The notes: a model not told the origin generated them from the sequence alone. A stretch of DNA of 59,815 nucleotides, filler included, from Sphacelaria rigidula (GCA_964200075.2; 6 parts of 6 records of this genome joined end to end with filler, not necessarily neighbours in it); one strand, 5' to 3'. Positions 36,401-49,258 are shown, counted from the whole stretch's first letter. Made by a program: numbers and translations.

Positions 36401-38105
36401 GCCTTTTTTGAGGATATTGCGACTCTGCTCTATCATCACTCGTGCGTCAGCAGTGGCAATAACGGCCATATTCGTTCGTTTAGCAGACTATGTTGTTCAG
36501 TATACAGTATGTCAGGTGCTGCCGTTCACGGTTGTGTCGACCAATACGTCGTTGGCCTCATGGTACGTTGAAAAATTATGTGAGACGCAAGGAAGGTGTC
36601 TATAGTGGCGGAAATCACTCTGATTCGGAGGCAGGTTTCCGTCCTTCATCTTTGGGGGAGTAACGCCTCCGGAATCAAAACGTATACCGAATGAGAGCCC
36701 TCGTCAAGGGTCTTTTTAAACGAGGACATCTACATCTTACCGTCTCGGGGTTGAGGGGTCCGAGGTAGGTGAACATAATTATTTGCAAGAAACAAAATGA
36801 ACGTTGTCTCTCTTTTCTCGACATCAACTTGAAAGCGGCAGATGTTTACCGGCACTGGGATAACGAAGCCTGCGGATATTATTTCCGAAAAATACCCTGT
36901 TTATGCCGTGATTAACTATCCCCACGGTACATTGAAGCAACGAAAACGATATGTCGATGTGCTGTCCATAATTTTCATAGCCTAATGTGTCGCCATTCTC
37001 AATACAAGCGCGGTATCTGCGGTCTGATTGGAGCTGGTACAACGCACTCAACATGCATTTCGGGTGATGGACTCGTGATCTACCACGTATTGAAAGCACA
37101 TGCTACACCTCGCGTGTGACGAGTATCCGGATGAGAGCTCTACGCCGCGCCAATCTCCAACATATGTGTAATAGCCCGAAACGCTTCGGTTGAATCCCCT
37201 GAAGTTTATTGATGCTGAATTCTCAGATGAACTTGCAGCGCTCACAAAAGTTAGCATTAGGATCACGTTCAGATCAGCTCCAATATTTCCCTCGCAAACG
37301 AGAAGAAGGCTCAGGGGTGCACGTTTTGGCCGAGAAGTGTTTCCCACTGTTGTACCGTATTCCTACTATCAGCATCACCGTTCCCTGACGATATCATTGT
37401 ACAGACACTTTGCCTATGTACGCGTATGCATGTTGTTCCTATTCCCCGTTGCGGTACTACAGAAGAGCAACGTGGTTTTTGTGGACATGCGCGGACTGCT
37501 GGGAGACCTGGTGTGTACAACAGGAGACGTCCACTACGACCTGTCCAAGGTGTACCAAAGCCTCTGCGGATATGACTTCATAATCATGGAGAGAGATATG
37601 GACTCTGCCGCAGCAAACATACTGTGCGACTTGAGAGAGGTAACTTACGACATGCTCAGACTATTCCATCGTCGCTGCGGTCCCTGCAGGGGTCCTTCAA
37701 GAACACCACTTAGCCCAGTATTGGTACCCGATTCAGGCCAGAAGCAACCGCATGATGTAGCACGTTCAATCTCTACACGTCGTCAGCCTGCTGTAAATGT
37801 AAAAATATCGGACGGAAAAAATACTTGTCCCCTTGATTGCCCGTTTCCCCCCACAACAAACGGGCGACGCTCTCTGCCGTCTGTTACTGCACACTACACA
37901 GAACGTGTTTTGGCCATTCGTGCGGGAGCATTACCCGGAAGCGTTGCCGCGGGACATTGAAGTTTTGGCGGCTTCGCACTATTTGTCCATACTGCCCCTG
38001 CATGAAGATCGAAGGCACCAAGCACAATTCTTGAGTGTCTGCCAAGATATTCTGGCAGCAAACGACTTGCTACAGCCAGCAGATGGCGATGTACCTATCT
38101 GCTGA
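30425..38105 (+). CDS. Three-domain fusion: nucleotidyltransferase (GT-A, NTP_transferase-like) + HAD-like 'capsule biosynthesis phosphatase' domain + APH/choline-kinase-like kinase; first exon uncertain or missing
   Basis: 14 phase-consistent exons: 30425-30677, 30949-31089, 31563-31784, 32119-32337, 32682-32795, 33085-33195, 33801-33886, 34302-34473, 34894-35101, 35445-35554, 35724-35828, 36226-36297 (GC donor), 37463-37639, 37902-38105; about 730 aa. Transferase motifs: LPKPLINIVGRPMI, TRGAAET, LDCD, IREK, ANTGAYAF, GEFY, VGTP. HAD motif: FCFDLDRTL. Kinase motifs: GELHFY, HGDPVFSN, VDMRG, GDVHYDLSK. Confidence 0.9.
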
Positions 38106-39845
38106 CCTGCGGGAGAGAACGCAAAGTGTGGGATAAATGAAGTCATTGAGCCGATTGATCCAAAGGGGGTGTACACTAATTCGGGAACTTTAGTGTTTTG
38201 GTGTCAGCTGTGGTGGCGTGATACTCAGGGCTGAGAGGGATGTCGCAAAAAGAGGAAAAATCGCTTAGATCTAGGCGCCTATCTGGTGGCATGATCCCCT
38301 GCAACCGACCACGTGATTGCACTTCTCAATTTGCTCAGTGTTGGGCAAAAACAAGCGGTTTGGCATAACTTGATTTGCTCAGGGCTGGAGGCTAAGTCAG
38401 GACTGAGCACGAAGCTAAAATTGGCAAAAAGATTCCCACTGTCTAGTCACGCATAAAATCATGCCCTGGATTATTCTTTATACCCGTCTCAAAATAGATG
38501 TGCTCACTGTCCGTCTACATTCTTCTCCAGACTTGCTGTGTTTGTACTGGTTAAATGTGTGATTTATGAATACAGTATGTCACTTTAACATGCGCTCGAA
38601 CGCTCGAAAAAAAACTCCTGTTGAAGGGGCGAGGACATGTCCCGTGATTGAGAGGCGGCCTGTTTGTTTTTATTTAACGGAAAGAGACCCATCGGCGCTG
38701 GTCGGAGCACTCATGTCCGGAAAACGGGAAAAACATTGGCGCGATACACACTTCGTGTGATCCCCCGGTATGTCGGAAACCACGCGACTATCAAAGATTC
38801 CTGAGGGCATCAAATCCCTCGAATGTTTTACGTAGCTGAAGTAGGTTCCAACTATGTATCTCCGAGCCCCCCCATCGACAGAGACCACTGTCGTGCATAT
38901 CGCGACGCGGGTTTAATGCCCACCACAGGGCGAGTTAGGCCTCTTTTTCGATGTGTGTCTGATTCCCACCGCCGAAAGCGCCAGGAAGCGAGTAGACACA
39001 AAGTGGCTGACTGGGTTTGTTGACGATAGTTGACGCGGTATGGGAGTGCCGACCCAATCAGCGAGACCAAAAAGCAAGGGCTGCGACGGGGAGAGATGGG
39101 TTGATCCCTTGGGACCACGGGCTCGTCCAGAGAAAGGGGAGGGTTCAAAGTGCAACAATCAAACAAAAATGTACACATTAGTTAATGTGGGCAGACTGAC
39201 AAGCCAGAATAATGCAAATGAGGGCGCTTGCGAATATCTGGTGGCGGACATTTACTTCATACATGCGTACCACACAGTTTTAATTATTGAAAAATGTGAT
39301 CGTTTTTTTCCTAATTTTGTAAAGTGACACTCAGGTGTGCGTATCTTTGTACTATATACAACTGTAGTAATTTAATGTGTACTGGGTAATTGGTTGTGGT
39401 AAGTCGCTTCTTAACTTCGTGCGAATAATGCACATGGGGCCTCATAGAGAAACATGACGGCAATATATCATTATGATGAATCGAAAGACAATAATAATGC
39501 GTTGGTGTTCTGTCCGTACCTTATATAAACCAAACGGCGTCACGGTGATAATCAGCGATCGATCCATGCAACGATAGGGAGGAGGGGTGTACGATCCCAC
39601 GGGAAAATGTACTCATAGATGCGTCAAACGACCTGAAACACTCGCGGTGCGCTTGTATCTAGGTAAACGCGGTGTAAAGCAGTATAAACGAGCGTTATTT
39701 GTCGGGAGCAAGCGCGTTCGAACAACTGTTGGCTGCTTTCAATGGCAATTGAAGTGGAATGTCGTGGAAGAAAACGGCCCAAACTACCCCCCCCCCCCCC
39801 CCCCCCCACCTAATACCACACCACCCCCAACCAGCCCCCTACACC

Positions 39846-39945
39846 NNNNNNNNNNNNNNNNNNNNNNNNNNNNNNNNNNNNNNNNNNNNTTAATTAATTA
39901 ANNNNNNNNNNNNNNNNNNNNNNNNNNNNNNNNNNNNNNNNNNNN
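39846..39945. other. Artificial contig linker
   Basis: N44-TTAATTAATTAA-N44. Confidence 0.98.
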
Positions 39946-39971
39946 AATCGAGTGCGAGCCTGGTCCGGCGA

Positions 39972-40080
39972 AAACCCGGCGTGCTCCGTCCCGGTTTTGT
40001 AGGGATGCGAAGTCAATGGCCTTATGACTACGGCATGCATGATCATGACTACACCCATCCCCTATGCCCCCCCCCCCGCC
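39972..40080 (+). repeat. Dispersed repeat (retroposon-like 3' end followed by a C-run); inverted copies at 49749-49830 and 29800-29859
   Basis: aaacccggcgtgctccgtcccg...tgtagggatgcga.gtcaatg...atgacta.ggcatgcatgatcatga is shared by these contig ends. Confidence 0.8.
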
Positions 40081-41009
40081 CTATGCAGCATGTATCGCTC
40101 GGTTGGGCAAATTTCGTTGTGTATCATTCCTCAATCTTTACTGGTACAGTATTCTTCCTTCGTACCTCATAATCGTGGTGTCGAAAACATCGGGAAAATA
40201 ACGAGGTTTTGCTCAGGCCGCTCCTTATGGCAGACAAAAACAAACGATTGGAAAAAGCGCCATTTGGGAGCTTTTACGTCGTTTCACGCCCTAAAGATAA
40301 CCAGGCGGATTTTGGCACCTTGGTCGGCCTCGCTGTAATCCTTGAGACGGTTCCAGCACACCTGTGTGTTTGTTAGGTGGTTGCAGTTTTGTCTTGGCCG
40401 AACAAGTATTTTTCACGGAGACCGCTGATTTTTCTCCTAGACCAGTCAAGTTCAGAAGAAGTTCCGACAGGTTGAAAGCGGGTATGTGGAGGTCGTCACG
40501 CATTCCGGCGGACCAACGGCAGCGCCTAATTGTCTTTAGCGCATGTATACCCTGAGCATGTGCGACGTGGTTGGTAGTATGTCGCCATTGGGATGTGCAC
40601 AGGAGACAAGGCAGCAAGACGACGAAAGCTGCCGCGACCCTGAATTCGATACCGCCTATCCACTCGAGCTGGGAAAATCTAGACCTATGAACATAAAAGG
40701 GAAAACACACGGGTTGTCGGAGGAGGAAGCCGCAACGAAAATGGTGTGCCCCATCTTGGAAAGATATAGGGGGGCGCCGGCTGACCATGACAGGCATCTT
40801 GTTAATGAAAAGTGGGAGGCATCTCTCACCGGTGTCGTAGTAGCGGCATCTACTTCGTTTTCTGTGATTGCTGGCCGATCCAGTGAGGTTCTTCGGATGG
40901 CGATACGTGGCGGGGGCCGCCGAGTGAGGACGGTGGCATAAACCTGCCAATAATCGGGGCGGTGTACCTAACCGTTTACAGCAGCACACGGCAATAATGC
41001 GTTGGGCAA

Positions 41010-41400
41010 CTAAATACAGTGCAGTGCAGTGCACAAGCGCACATGGCCGTACCCAGAAGTATACAATTCTGGACCGTGCACGACCGTTTTCAGTACAGTA
41101 TAATGGAGTGGAAGACACTCCAGTACCGTGCGCATCAGCAGAGGGTAGTACAGGTGAGTACAAACGAGTACAGTACACGTCATCGCAGGCTAGTGCACTA
41201 CGGTACACCGTACTGGGCCGGGCGCGACAATTTCCAGTGCAGATTGTCGAGTAGATTACAATGGAGTACACTACACACCAGCATCGGGCAGCACGCAACA
41301 GCGTGTTTTGTGTTGTCATCGCACAGGCCCTTACTGGATCGCCCCACAGTTGACAGTACAGGGCCGTACAGTAAGATACACTCGAGTACAGGACACATAA
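41010..41400 (+). repeat. Degenerate tandem repeat rich in tacagtaca/cagtac motifs
   Basis: Many tacagt, cagtac and gtaca motifs; the overlapping long ORFs are Y/C/T/V-biased artefacts. Confidence 0.55.
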
Positions 41401-44149
41401 GGACAGGGTGGTGCGGTGGTTCACCAAGTTTGATGCTGGAACGCATGTGTACTTTGCAAATATCAGGCGGCCCCGCCTCAGCAGCAGACTTGCTCGCAGT
41501 CACTCGCCTGGGTTGATATGCCCCCAGAACGAATCAGGAACATGGGCTACCCCATACACATCCTCCGGCCGTGGCATGCCTGGCTTGACTACCACCCGTC
41601 AGCGTACCATCACGTACCATTCCGGCCACGAGGAACCTATATAGAGCACCAATATTGAGACCGGTCAACTCAGGAAGCAATCGCCTTCTTACCCAGAAAC
41701 GGGCACCGACGATCTGCCTTGAACACAGCTTGCCACCGGTATCGCATGTTGGACCGGTGCTCGTTCGTATAGGGCTCGCCACCCGGGTGAAGTGCAAGTA
41801 CTGCGCGGCTAATAATGGCTGATTTCGTGCACAATGATTCTCCTATGCGGGCGTGGGGGCTTACAACTGTTTTGTTTCCCTTTTTGCGCAGGACTGTGAT
41901 GAAAAGGAAATTCGCCGTGCATGCGATACCTTAGATTGTGTAAGTTACCCACGGCTAAGGTCGGCGAGCACATGGGACAAGTGGGAACACTTGAGGCACT
42001 CTTGAAGAGAGGACGTTCAATATTTGTTCCGAAAAGAGCCACCGCTTGCCGCAAAGTTGCGGTAGCATTACCATTTCGGACTTTCTGTGAGCTGTGGATG
42101 TGCATTAGCTGATTTCCAGTTTCGGATTATCCCCTCTTCTTTGCCGTAGTTGGGCACACGATCAATGTATGGCGGAGGCACAGACAATTGTTACAGCTTT
42201 CTTCAACAATAAACGAGATTTCAAGCATTCCATTTCTTCAACTGTTATTCGGCGACTCGAAACTATCGTAACCAGAGAAAGGTTCGATGAAAGTTAAATA
42301 GCTCCAGCACGTCGTCCGATCAGCCTAGATTCCTCTGTTTCGAAGCGTTGTATAATATTTTCCCGTCGAGTTATATCGCGCCCGAGTGAGATGTTACCCC
42401 GAGATTCATTCAGCTGACGGTTCCTGATGTAGGGAGAAAAATACATTCTCAGAAAATGCCGCTATCGGAGGTCACACTGCTGTTTCGGCGGTGTTTGTAT
42501 TGTTTTCGGAGTCTTCGTACAATTGCCGGCATTACCGGGTGTTCCTTCTTTGTCGTTGGAGAGTTTCGAAAACGCTTAGTTTTTGCAGGAGGTATCCTTG
42601 GTCAGCGTATGTAGTTCAGGACTTTGACGCTTTCGAAAGTTTGCAATAATCCTCTTAGCGTTTCGAGTTTCGCATGTGTTGCGTGGAGAGAAAATTATGT
42701 AAGTATCTGAACTCCATGCGCTACTGAAGTTGACACAAGGTCAGCGGACCAATAGAACATGTCTCCGAAACTATCTGTAATTGCTTGTTAGATTAATATC
42801 GATTTCTTGAAACCAGAGATTTCCCGAGAGGCGCATACAGTTTTGTCAGCATACCTTTTGTCAGCCCAGGTCTGGCAAGAGGGGCTGTTATACTCACGAT
42901 ATTCTCTGCATCCTCGATTTTTTTGACGTGAAGTCACTCTCACGTGAGCCTGACAAACAGCGGTGGATGGTCAACTTGTCAGCTTGGGAAGGGAGGGGTT
43001 CAAGCTGCAGTTTGCCACCTGTTGCCACCCGGGTGTGGGCAGTATGACTTGTTCATATAGCATATACAACCATGGAAACGGGTTGGGCATGCCTAGTGAT
43101 GCAAGATTGCCATGTCGCTGCTATTATAGCGTGGCCCGCATGTTGGGGTTATGGCAAACTGTAAGCTGTGAAGTTGGGGGTGCAATTGGGTTACAGTCAG
43201 TACATATGCACGGATGTTGGCTTCATGTTCGCAAGTGTTCTTCATTCGGCCGCGGCCACTACAACTTGGTGCACACGCGAAGTGTGACATTTTCGCGACT
43301 AGGGGCGGCTTGCTTACACACAAACTACTTGTCATTTCATGTGTAGGCCATGCCGTCGAGTGCTAATAGACAAAACCTTACCTGAGAACTATCTCGTTTT
43401 CCCAGCTGCGGAGAGATAGGCACCGTCACAGGGGCAACTTGGTTTTACCTGTAGACAGCAAAATTGTTGACACGTAAGGACGGACACCACCGTCAACGTA
43501 TACACTCTCAAACGTTGGCTTGTGCTACAAAGTGCCAGGCCATTGAACCACCGCGGTACTTGGTGGCGGCTCCTGCAGTGCACGGTTAGGTCAGCGCGCA
43601 GTGACATGCGCCACGTATTGTAGGATGACCAGACGGTATCGTATTACGTGCAACAGACATGCTCAGGCATGTGCATAGACCCGGCCTCAGAGCAGGTGAA
43701 ATAGTCGTTCCGGTTGAAGCTAATCAAACCAGTACATCGAAAAGGAGCCGCGTCATGCCAAGTAACGCTGACTACGCTTTCCCGGGGGGGGTGGGGGGGG
43801 CTATAACTTTTCGTTTAATTTGCCTAATAGCTACGCTACCACTGTAAAACGTTCGTGCATTGTTTCCGATGGCATCCATTGAGGATCTACCCATGCGTTG
43901 CACCGAGAAAGTGACCTTCGCACAAGATTCCCTCACTGGAGATGGGCTCTAGGGTTGTTTTTCTGGATTACTATATCATTTGAATGTTGGAATTGTATTG
44001 TGTTCACGTGACAAATATATCTGTGGGAGATAGTTGATGCTCCGTGAGTGTCTAGATTCTCTGAGACCGTTTCTTCTCGGGACAGTTGGATCCTTTTGAC
44101 GTCGGACCCCTCAGGTGGACCCTCAATGAACACGCGAAACAATGTGAGT

Positions 44150-44880
44150 AGAGGCCGCTGTGCCTACCTTGGAAACACATTATTACGTGAGCAAGGAGCT
44201 CAGGATCCCGAATTTCTTTAAAAGGGAGTGTCATCGGGAGTAAGTGTGTGACACTGGAGTGCACAAAAACACGATACAGGCTGGTTCAGGTTGAACGCCC
44301 AAAATGTACCCCCCAGCGATTTGCCACGCGGGTTCTTCGAGTCAAACCATTGTTTTTCGTACAAACCGTTTCAAACTCTGCTTATGCGTAAGATTCCGTA
44401 GCTGCTAAAATTTGATTCATGGTGAGATTGGGTAGATATTATGTCGAGAATTCGCATATTCAGCTCCATAACATTTCACACTATAGGAAAGGGCGCAAGG
44501 AAAATCCTGGCTGTGCAACCCTCACTGTTCGCTTGCTCGTGGGGCTCTCTATTACATCCTTTATATTTATATCGAGCTAGTTTCTCGTTCTCTATCTTGT
44601 GTGGAATACATTTTGGTCATTTACCGTGAACCCGCCGGTAATCATATCTGGACAACGTCCTTGCTCTTTAAGTGGGACGTATGGACAACCTGGTAGCTAA
44701 GCACGTATCGATCGAAAGGTTCGTAGCACCACATTTGCTCAGCCTCCCCCACCCGGTGCCGGCGCAGCAGTGTTATTGTATGCGAGTGTTTCATAACAGT
44801 GCTGAGTGCCTTAGACGGGAGAAGGGCGATGACGGACCGCTGTACTGTACTAATGCAATCATTACATCTTGTACACACGG
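44150..44880 (-). mobile_element. Possible highly decayed LTR-retrotransposon (gypsy-like) integrase remnant
   Basis: LPSKALSTVMKHSH...HRVG...YEPFDRYV...KDVVQI loosely resembles the integrase H2C2 zinc-binding region; many stops. Confidence 0.3.
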
Positions 44881-45398
44881 TGTAGTCATGGATGGGAATG
44901 GGGTGCGAATTTGGGCACTATATTCCGGGAAAGTGTCCATCGACACCTCTCTACAGAACAAATGAAGCCTAAACGAGCCAATCAAAATCAGTTACAAGTA
45001 CACGCGTGACCTCGGAAGAACGACCCGGCCCATATGAGGTGTGCTATCATAGTATCATTCCTTTAACAAGCCTGCAACTGACGTTGCCGTACATCTGTAC
45101 ACGGGGTTACAACAGCAGGAGAGCAGAAACTGTCGCTTGTATTGTTGCTGTGCCCCTGTCATTGCACTTTATTGTTTTGCCAATCTTTCAACCCGGACTC
45201 CTTGGCAACCACGCAGAGGATTGGACTACGGTTTCTTGCGTGCGGTTGCCACACACCCAAACTAGGGGGCTATAGAAGAGGTTTCGTTGACTCGTTTCAC
45301 GAACGTTGCACCAAACTAAATGTACTCGGAAAGGCTGTTTTTTGCAGTCGCTTTCGAATTTTGTCACATGAGGCACTCCCGCCCCCAACCCAGCTTGT

Positions 45399-45543
45399 GG
45401 GGGGGGGGATACTCATTTGTTGCTTGCCTTAGTCGTTTGACCATTGACCACGCATCCCTTTCGTGGGGGGGGGGGGGGGGGGCTCATTTGTTGATTGCCT
45501 TAGTCGTTTGACCATTGACCACGCATCCCTTTCGAGACGGAGC
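45399..45543 (-). mobile_element. Two tandem extremely 5'-truncated copies of the LINE 3' end, each with a poly(C) tail
   Basis: The reverse complement gaaagggatgcgtggtcaatggtcaaacgactaaggcaa.caacaaatgag(C)n occurs twice and matches 4117-4165. Confidence 0.85.
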
Positions 45544-47400
45544 TTTCGGGGGGGGGGGGAAACCGGCGAAAAAATCCGGGACCACACCGGGGGAGAAAAA
45601 ATCTTGGTGTAACGATCCCCCCCCATTTTTTGCGAAAAATTGGGGGGAAGCTGAGATCCCCCCGATTTCGAACAGGTACGTACGTACACTGACGCACAGT
45701 GGTAGAATTTCGAGGCGCTTGATATTTTTGCAATCATAGCTGAAGACAGTCGCGTGATAGCGGAGGGCGTGCCTGCTCGCGCCAGCTGCTGAAGCAGCTT
45801 CGCACGGGGTTGGACTAGCGGATAATAAGCATTGACGCCATACGCGGCGGCGATGGTAATATTTCATGCTGCAATGCGCTGCCATGTGTATCACCATAAC
45901 GAGCGGTGCTGTACCATCCTAGTTCATTGTTGCTGTACTTGCAAGGTGATATATATATCACCGCACTACTGAACTCTTCTCGCGCACTGTTTGTTCACTG
46001 TTCTCGCAATACCGACGGTGCCATCATGCATCACCACACGGCAATGTCATATACTGTAATGATGGAGTGTCCTGGACCGTATTACCCTAGGGTACTACGG
46101 GACGACACTGCCCTCCAAGGATTGTTCACCACCTGCCTGCACTTCTGCTTCAAGAGTACGCGAGACAGAGAGTACCACTCAACCATATTTTTCAAGTAAT
46201 GGACTCTCCCCCGTCCTGGAAGTCATGCCGTCCAACGAATCTCTTAATCATTGTAATTCAACAAGTGAACCATTCAATATTTTGTTGGCGAGCAGGATAT
46301 TTATACGAGAGCTATTTCGAATCAGTCCGAGAAGAAAGAAGTAGGCGAGAGTGTTGCGTCGTTCCTTTGGCATACCTCGGAGTAATTTGTGGAGGAAAAG
46401 TGATCTGATTTATTAGTCAGTTGGATCTTTGCCTATGAGGTTACGCTGGTTGATGAATCGGCATCACTCTTACTTGGAACAATGCCGTGACCCGGAGCCA
46501 GCAAACAAACCTTGAACGTCGGGGGTATTTCATACACAAAGTTCCGGTATTTTCTCCTGTAAATTATTGTTGAATATACCGGGAGCTTCAACTTTGAGAT
46601 GCCTCTGTTGTGTACGAGCTAATCACCTCTCAGGGTATGCACTATTTTGTGGCGATCAGCTGCAAAAAAAGTGAATGGCTGTCAGCTGCCCACGGAAAAA
46701 CATTCGCCTGTGGCTCTCTGCCCTATACAGACAACCCGCTCACCCCCCGCTCTCCACCGCATAACGAAGGAGCAAGGTGACCGTTTGCGTAAAGAAATGG
46801 CGGTCAAGAACAGTAGAAAATGGACGCATCTTTTTAGTACAGCTAGTCGGCCGACCGCTAGTGCCGAGTACTGAATGGTGGTGGTTCGACAACGTCAGAC
46901 GATGGCATCTCGCAGGGGTCGAGGAACAATGACTGTGCCGTCTTGCCGCGTCGATGGGTTGCGGCAATTACTCGTGTACTGGAGGGCGTCAAGACAGCAA
47001 TCGCCAGCATCGATGTTCTGCAGGGACATCGACTCTACAAAGTCCCGTCAACCCCGAAGGCCATGCGATATTCCAAGTATGGTGTATGCTTTGAAAAAGG
47101 TCCAGACGTGATGGATGCCGAAGCCCGTGCAGACAGGGAAAAGCTTGAAAGGAAACCCGGCTACGGAGAATTGTTGAAAGGGTTCGATATATGTATTGGC
47201 CGGAAAATATGGTGACAGAAGAGGCGACCCAGTATTAATGCTTTCTGACGTCTCTCTGGCCAGCGGTGCGGTGTCGCCCATACTCTTCACAGTACGTGGT
47301 ACATCTTGGCTGAGCTGTACGACGGGAGAAAAAGCGGGTCGATATGCGCCTTTTGGTACCCGTCTGGTCACTGGTGCTGTGTTGCTTATATCCTGGATGA

Positions 47401-48328
47401 TACAACATGTTACAATATGATATGAATACTTTATATTGAAGACAGTGCGAATCTTGACCTTTTTATATATGTTATGTTCAAATGCACTCGGAAACATTGA
47501 AGCAGCAATAGATAGGTCTCGTGTCATGATCGTCAAGTAATGCATGACAATAAATATTGAACACGTTTTTGCTCCGGGGACAGAACATTCAATATGCTTT
47601 GTGCGTGCCGACCGTGTATGTATTGAAGTGTCAATATATATTGAGTCCAAGCGATGCATCGCATATTGTCGTCACAATATATATTGAGCAACAAACCATG
47701 CAAAAGTATATTATTACCAATATGTATTTCACACGATCATCGCACAGCTTTTGTGTAGCCAGTGTATACCTGACACGCTCGCGGAGGACTATATTGAGCG
47801 TTTTCGGCATCTGGTGATATGTATTTCAATTGCGCCCGCGAACATGAAACTGCCCACCATACTAATTCCTATACACTTTCCTATATACATATTGAACCGC
47901 CAATATATATATATATATTACTACACCAATATGTGTTGTGACGGTCGGCTCCCTCGTGTATTGTTCGCCCAATATATATTGAACGCATCGATGCACGACA
48001 TATTGGGGCGGCAACATATATTGGCGCCCGGGTGTTGAATATATTGAAACATCAATATATATGTTAACCTCGTGTGGCAGCCAATACATTACTCGACAAA
48101 TATATTGTGGTGCCTTACCGCACCAACATATTACACGGCCAATATATATTGAGGTGGCGCGTGTCGTGATATTTTGTTCGGTCGATGTGTATTGCACATC
48201 GCGAGCCTTGACATATTGATTACACAATATATCGACGTGTCTCTTGTGCCATCATGTTGCTCGCCTAATCTTTATTGGCCACCCGACGCGTCGACATATT
48301 TAGCGAGCAATATATATTACACGTTGTA
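47401..48328. repeat. AT-rich element containing an array of palindromic CAATATATATTG-type motifs; candidate MITE
   Basis: Motif or variants near 47632, 47676, 47900, 47970, 48052, 48140 and 48308. The ends tacaacatgt and acacgttgta form a 10-bp inverted repeat with one mismatch. Confidence 0.55.
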
Positions 48329-48476
48329 CAAGCCATTCGGGACCAGGGCTACCGCCGTCTTCTTGGAGGGTCGCGATATTCTTGCGTTGCCAAGCTGCCG
48401 TGGGGAATGAGCCGCGGCTGCAATTTGATGTTGAAGACGGCGAGATACATAGGAGGAGTCCCGCCATGCGGGTTAA

Positions 48477-48574
48477 CCCTTAGACGACGAGAGTAGGCCA
48501 TCTGTTGAATCGGCATCAATTTCACTCGAAAACTGTATGCGTGATCGAGATGGACTACCCTCGCGGTCTAAGGG
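48477..48574. mobile_element. 98-bp piggyBac-type MITE with perfect TTAA target duplication
   Basis: TTAA|CCCTTAGAC...GTCTAAGGG|TTAA, with TTAA at 48473-48476 and 48575-48578. Confidence 0.85.
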
Positions 48575-49158
48575 TTAAACAATAAGAGAGAGTAGATAGA
48601 AACGACCTACTTACAGTTTATCTTTCTCGGGCAGGTGTCGGCGACACCGGCCCCATAACATCCACTACGGCCGCCCGCACCCATCGTGTCACGGTGACCT
48701 GTTCGATGATTTCCGACGGAGGTGCCGGTACACTCAACGGGCACTCAGCGACAAACATATACTGTTTCACCTGTTTGATGATTCAATCACGCCCTGAAAA
48801 GGCTGTCCGGTTCACAAATATGTAATTATCCCCGTGTGTAGTGACCACTGCTCCTAACCCTTGAAAGAGGATACCCGCCCTACATTCACTATCGCTGTAC
48901 CTATAATGTTTACGGTGTGATGGATTGATTGATTATCTCACATTAGCTGACTGCAACAATCCAACCCGTGGTCAGGAGCAGCAAAACCCCCCAGAATATC
49001 AAAAGAAAGTAAAAGAACGAAAGAAACAGGAAAAGACAGAAGCAACGGCCGTATTAGAAAGGAAAGAAGAGAGGGAAGAACGAAATGAAGCAGCACGGCA
49101 TGAAAACTGTTCGGTGATTTTCGGTGAGAATGCTCAACGGCAAACATACATAATTTCA

Positions 49159-49258
49159 CCCTTGGACCACGAGGGTAGTTCATCTGGATCATGCATACTT
49201 CTTCCGAGTGAAATTGTAACGACGATTCAGCAGATGACCTACTCTCGCCGCCTAAGCG
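49159..49258. mobile_element. Diverged copy of the ~100-bp TTAA MITE
   Basis: cccttggaccacgagggtagttcatctg...cagatgacctactctcgccgcctaagcg. Confidence 0.7.

Noticed and set aside
40291-41427. 378-aa minus-strand ORF
   Set aside because: It runs through a degenerate tacagt repeat, has biased composition and shows no recognisable domain.
46647-47215. Coding-like fragments (WVAAITRVLEGVKTAIASIDVLQGHRLY...)
   Set aside because: Frame-broken, with no splice chain or recognisable family.
47401-48328. CRISPR array
   Set aside because: The motifs are short, degenerate and irregularly spaced, in a eukaryotic context with no cas genes.
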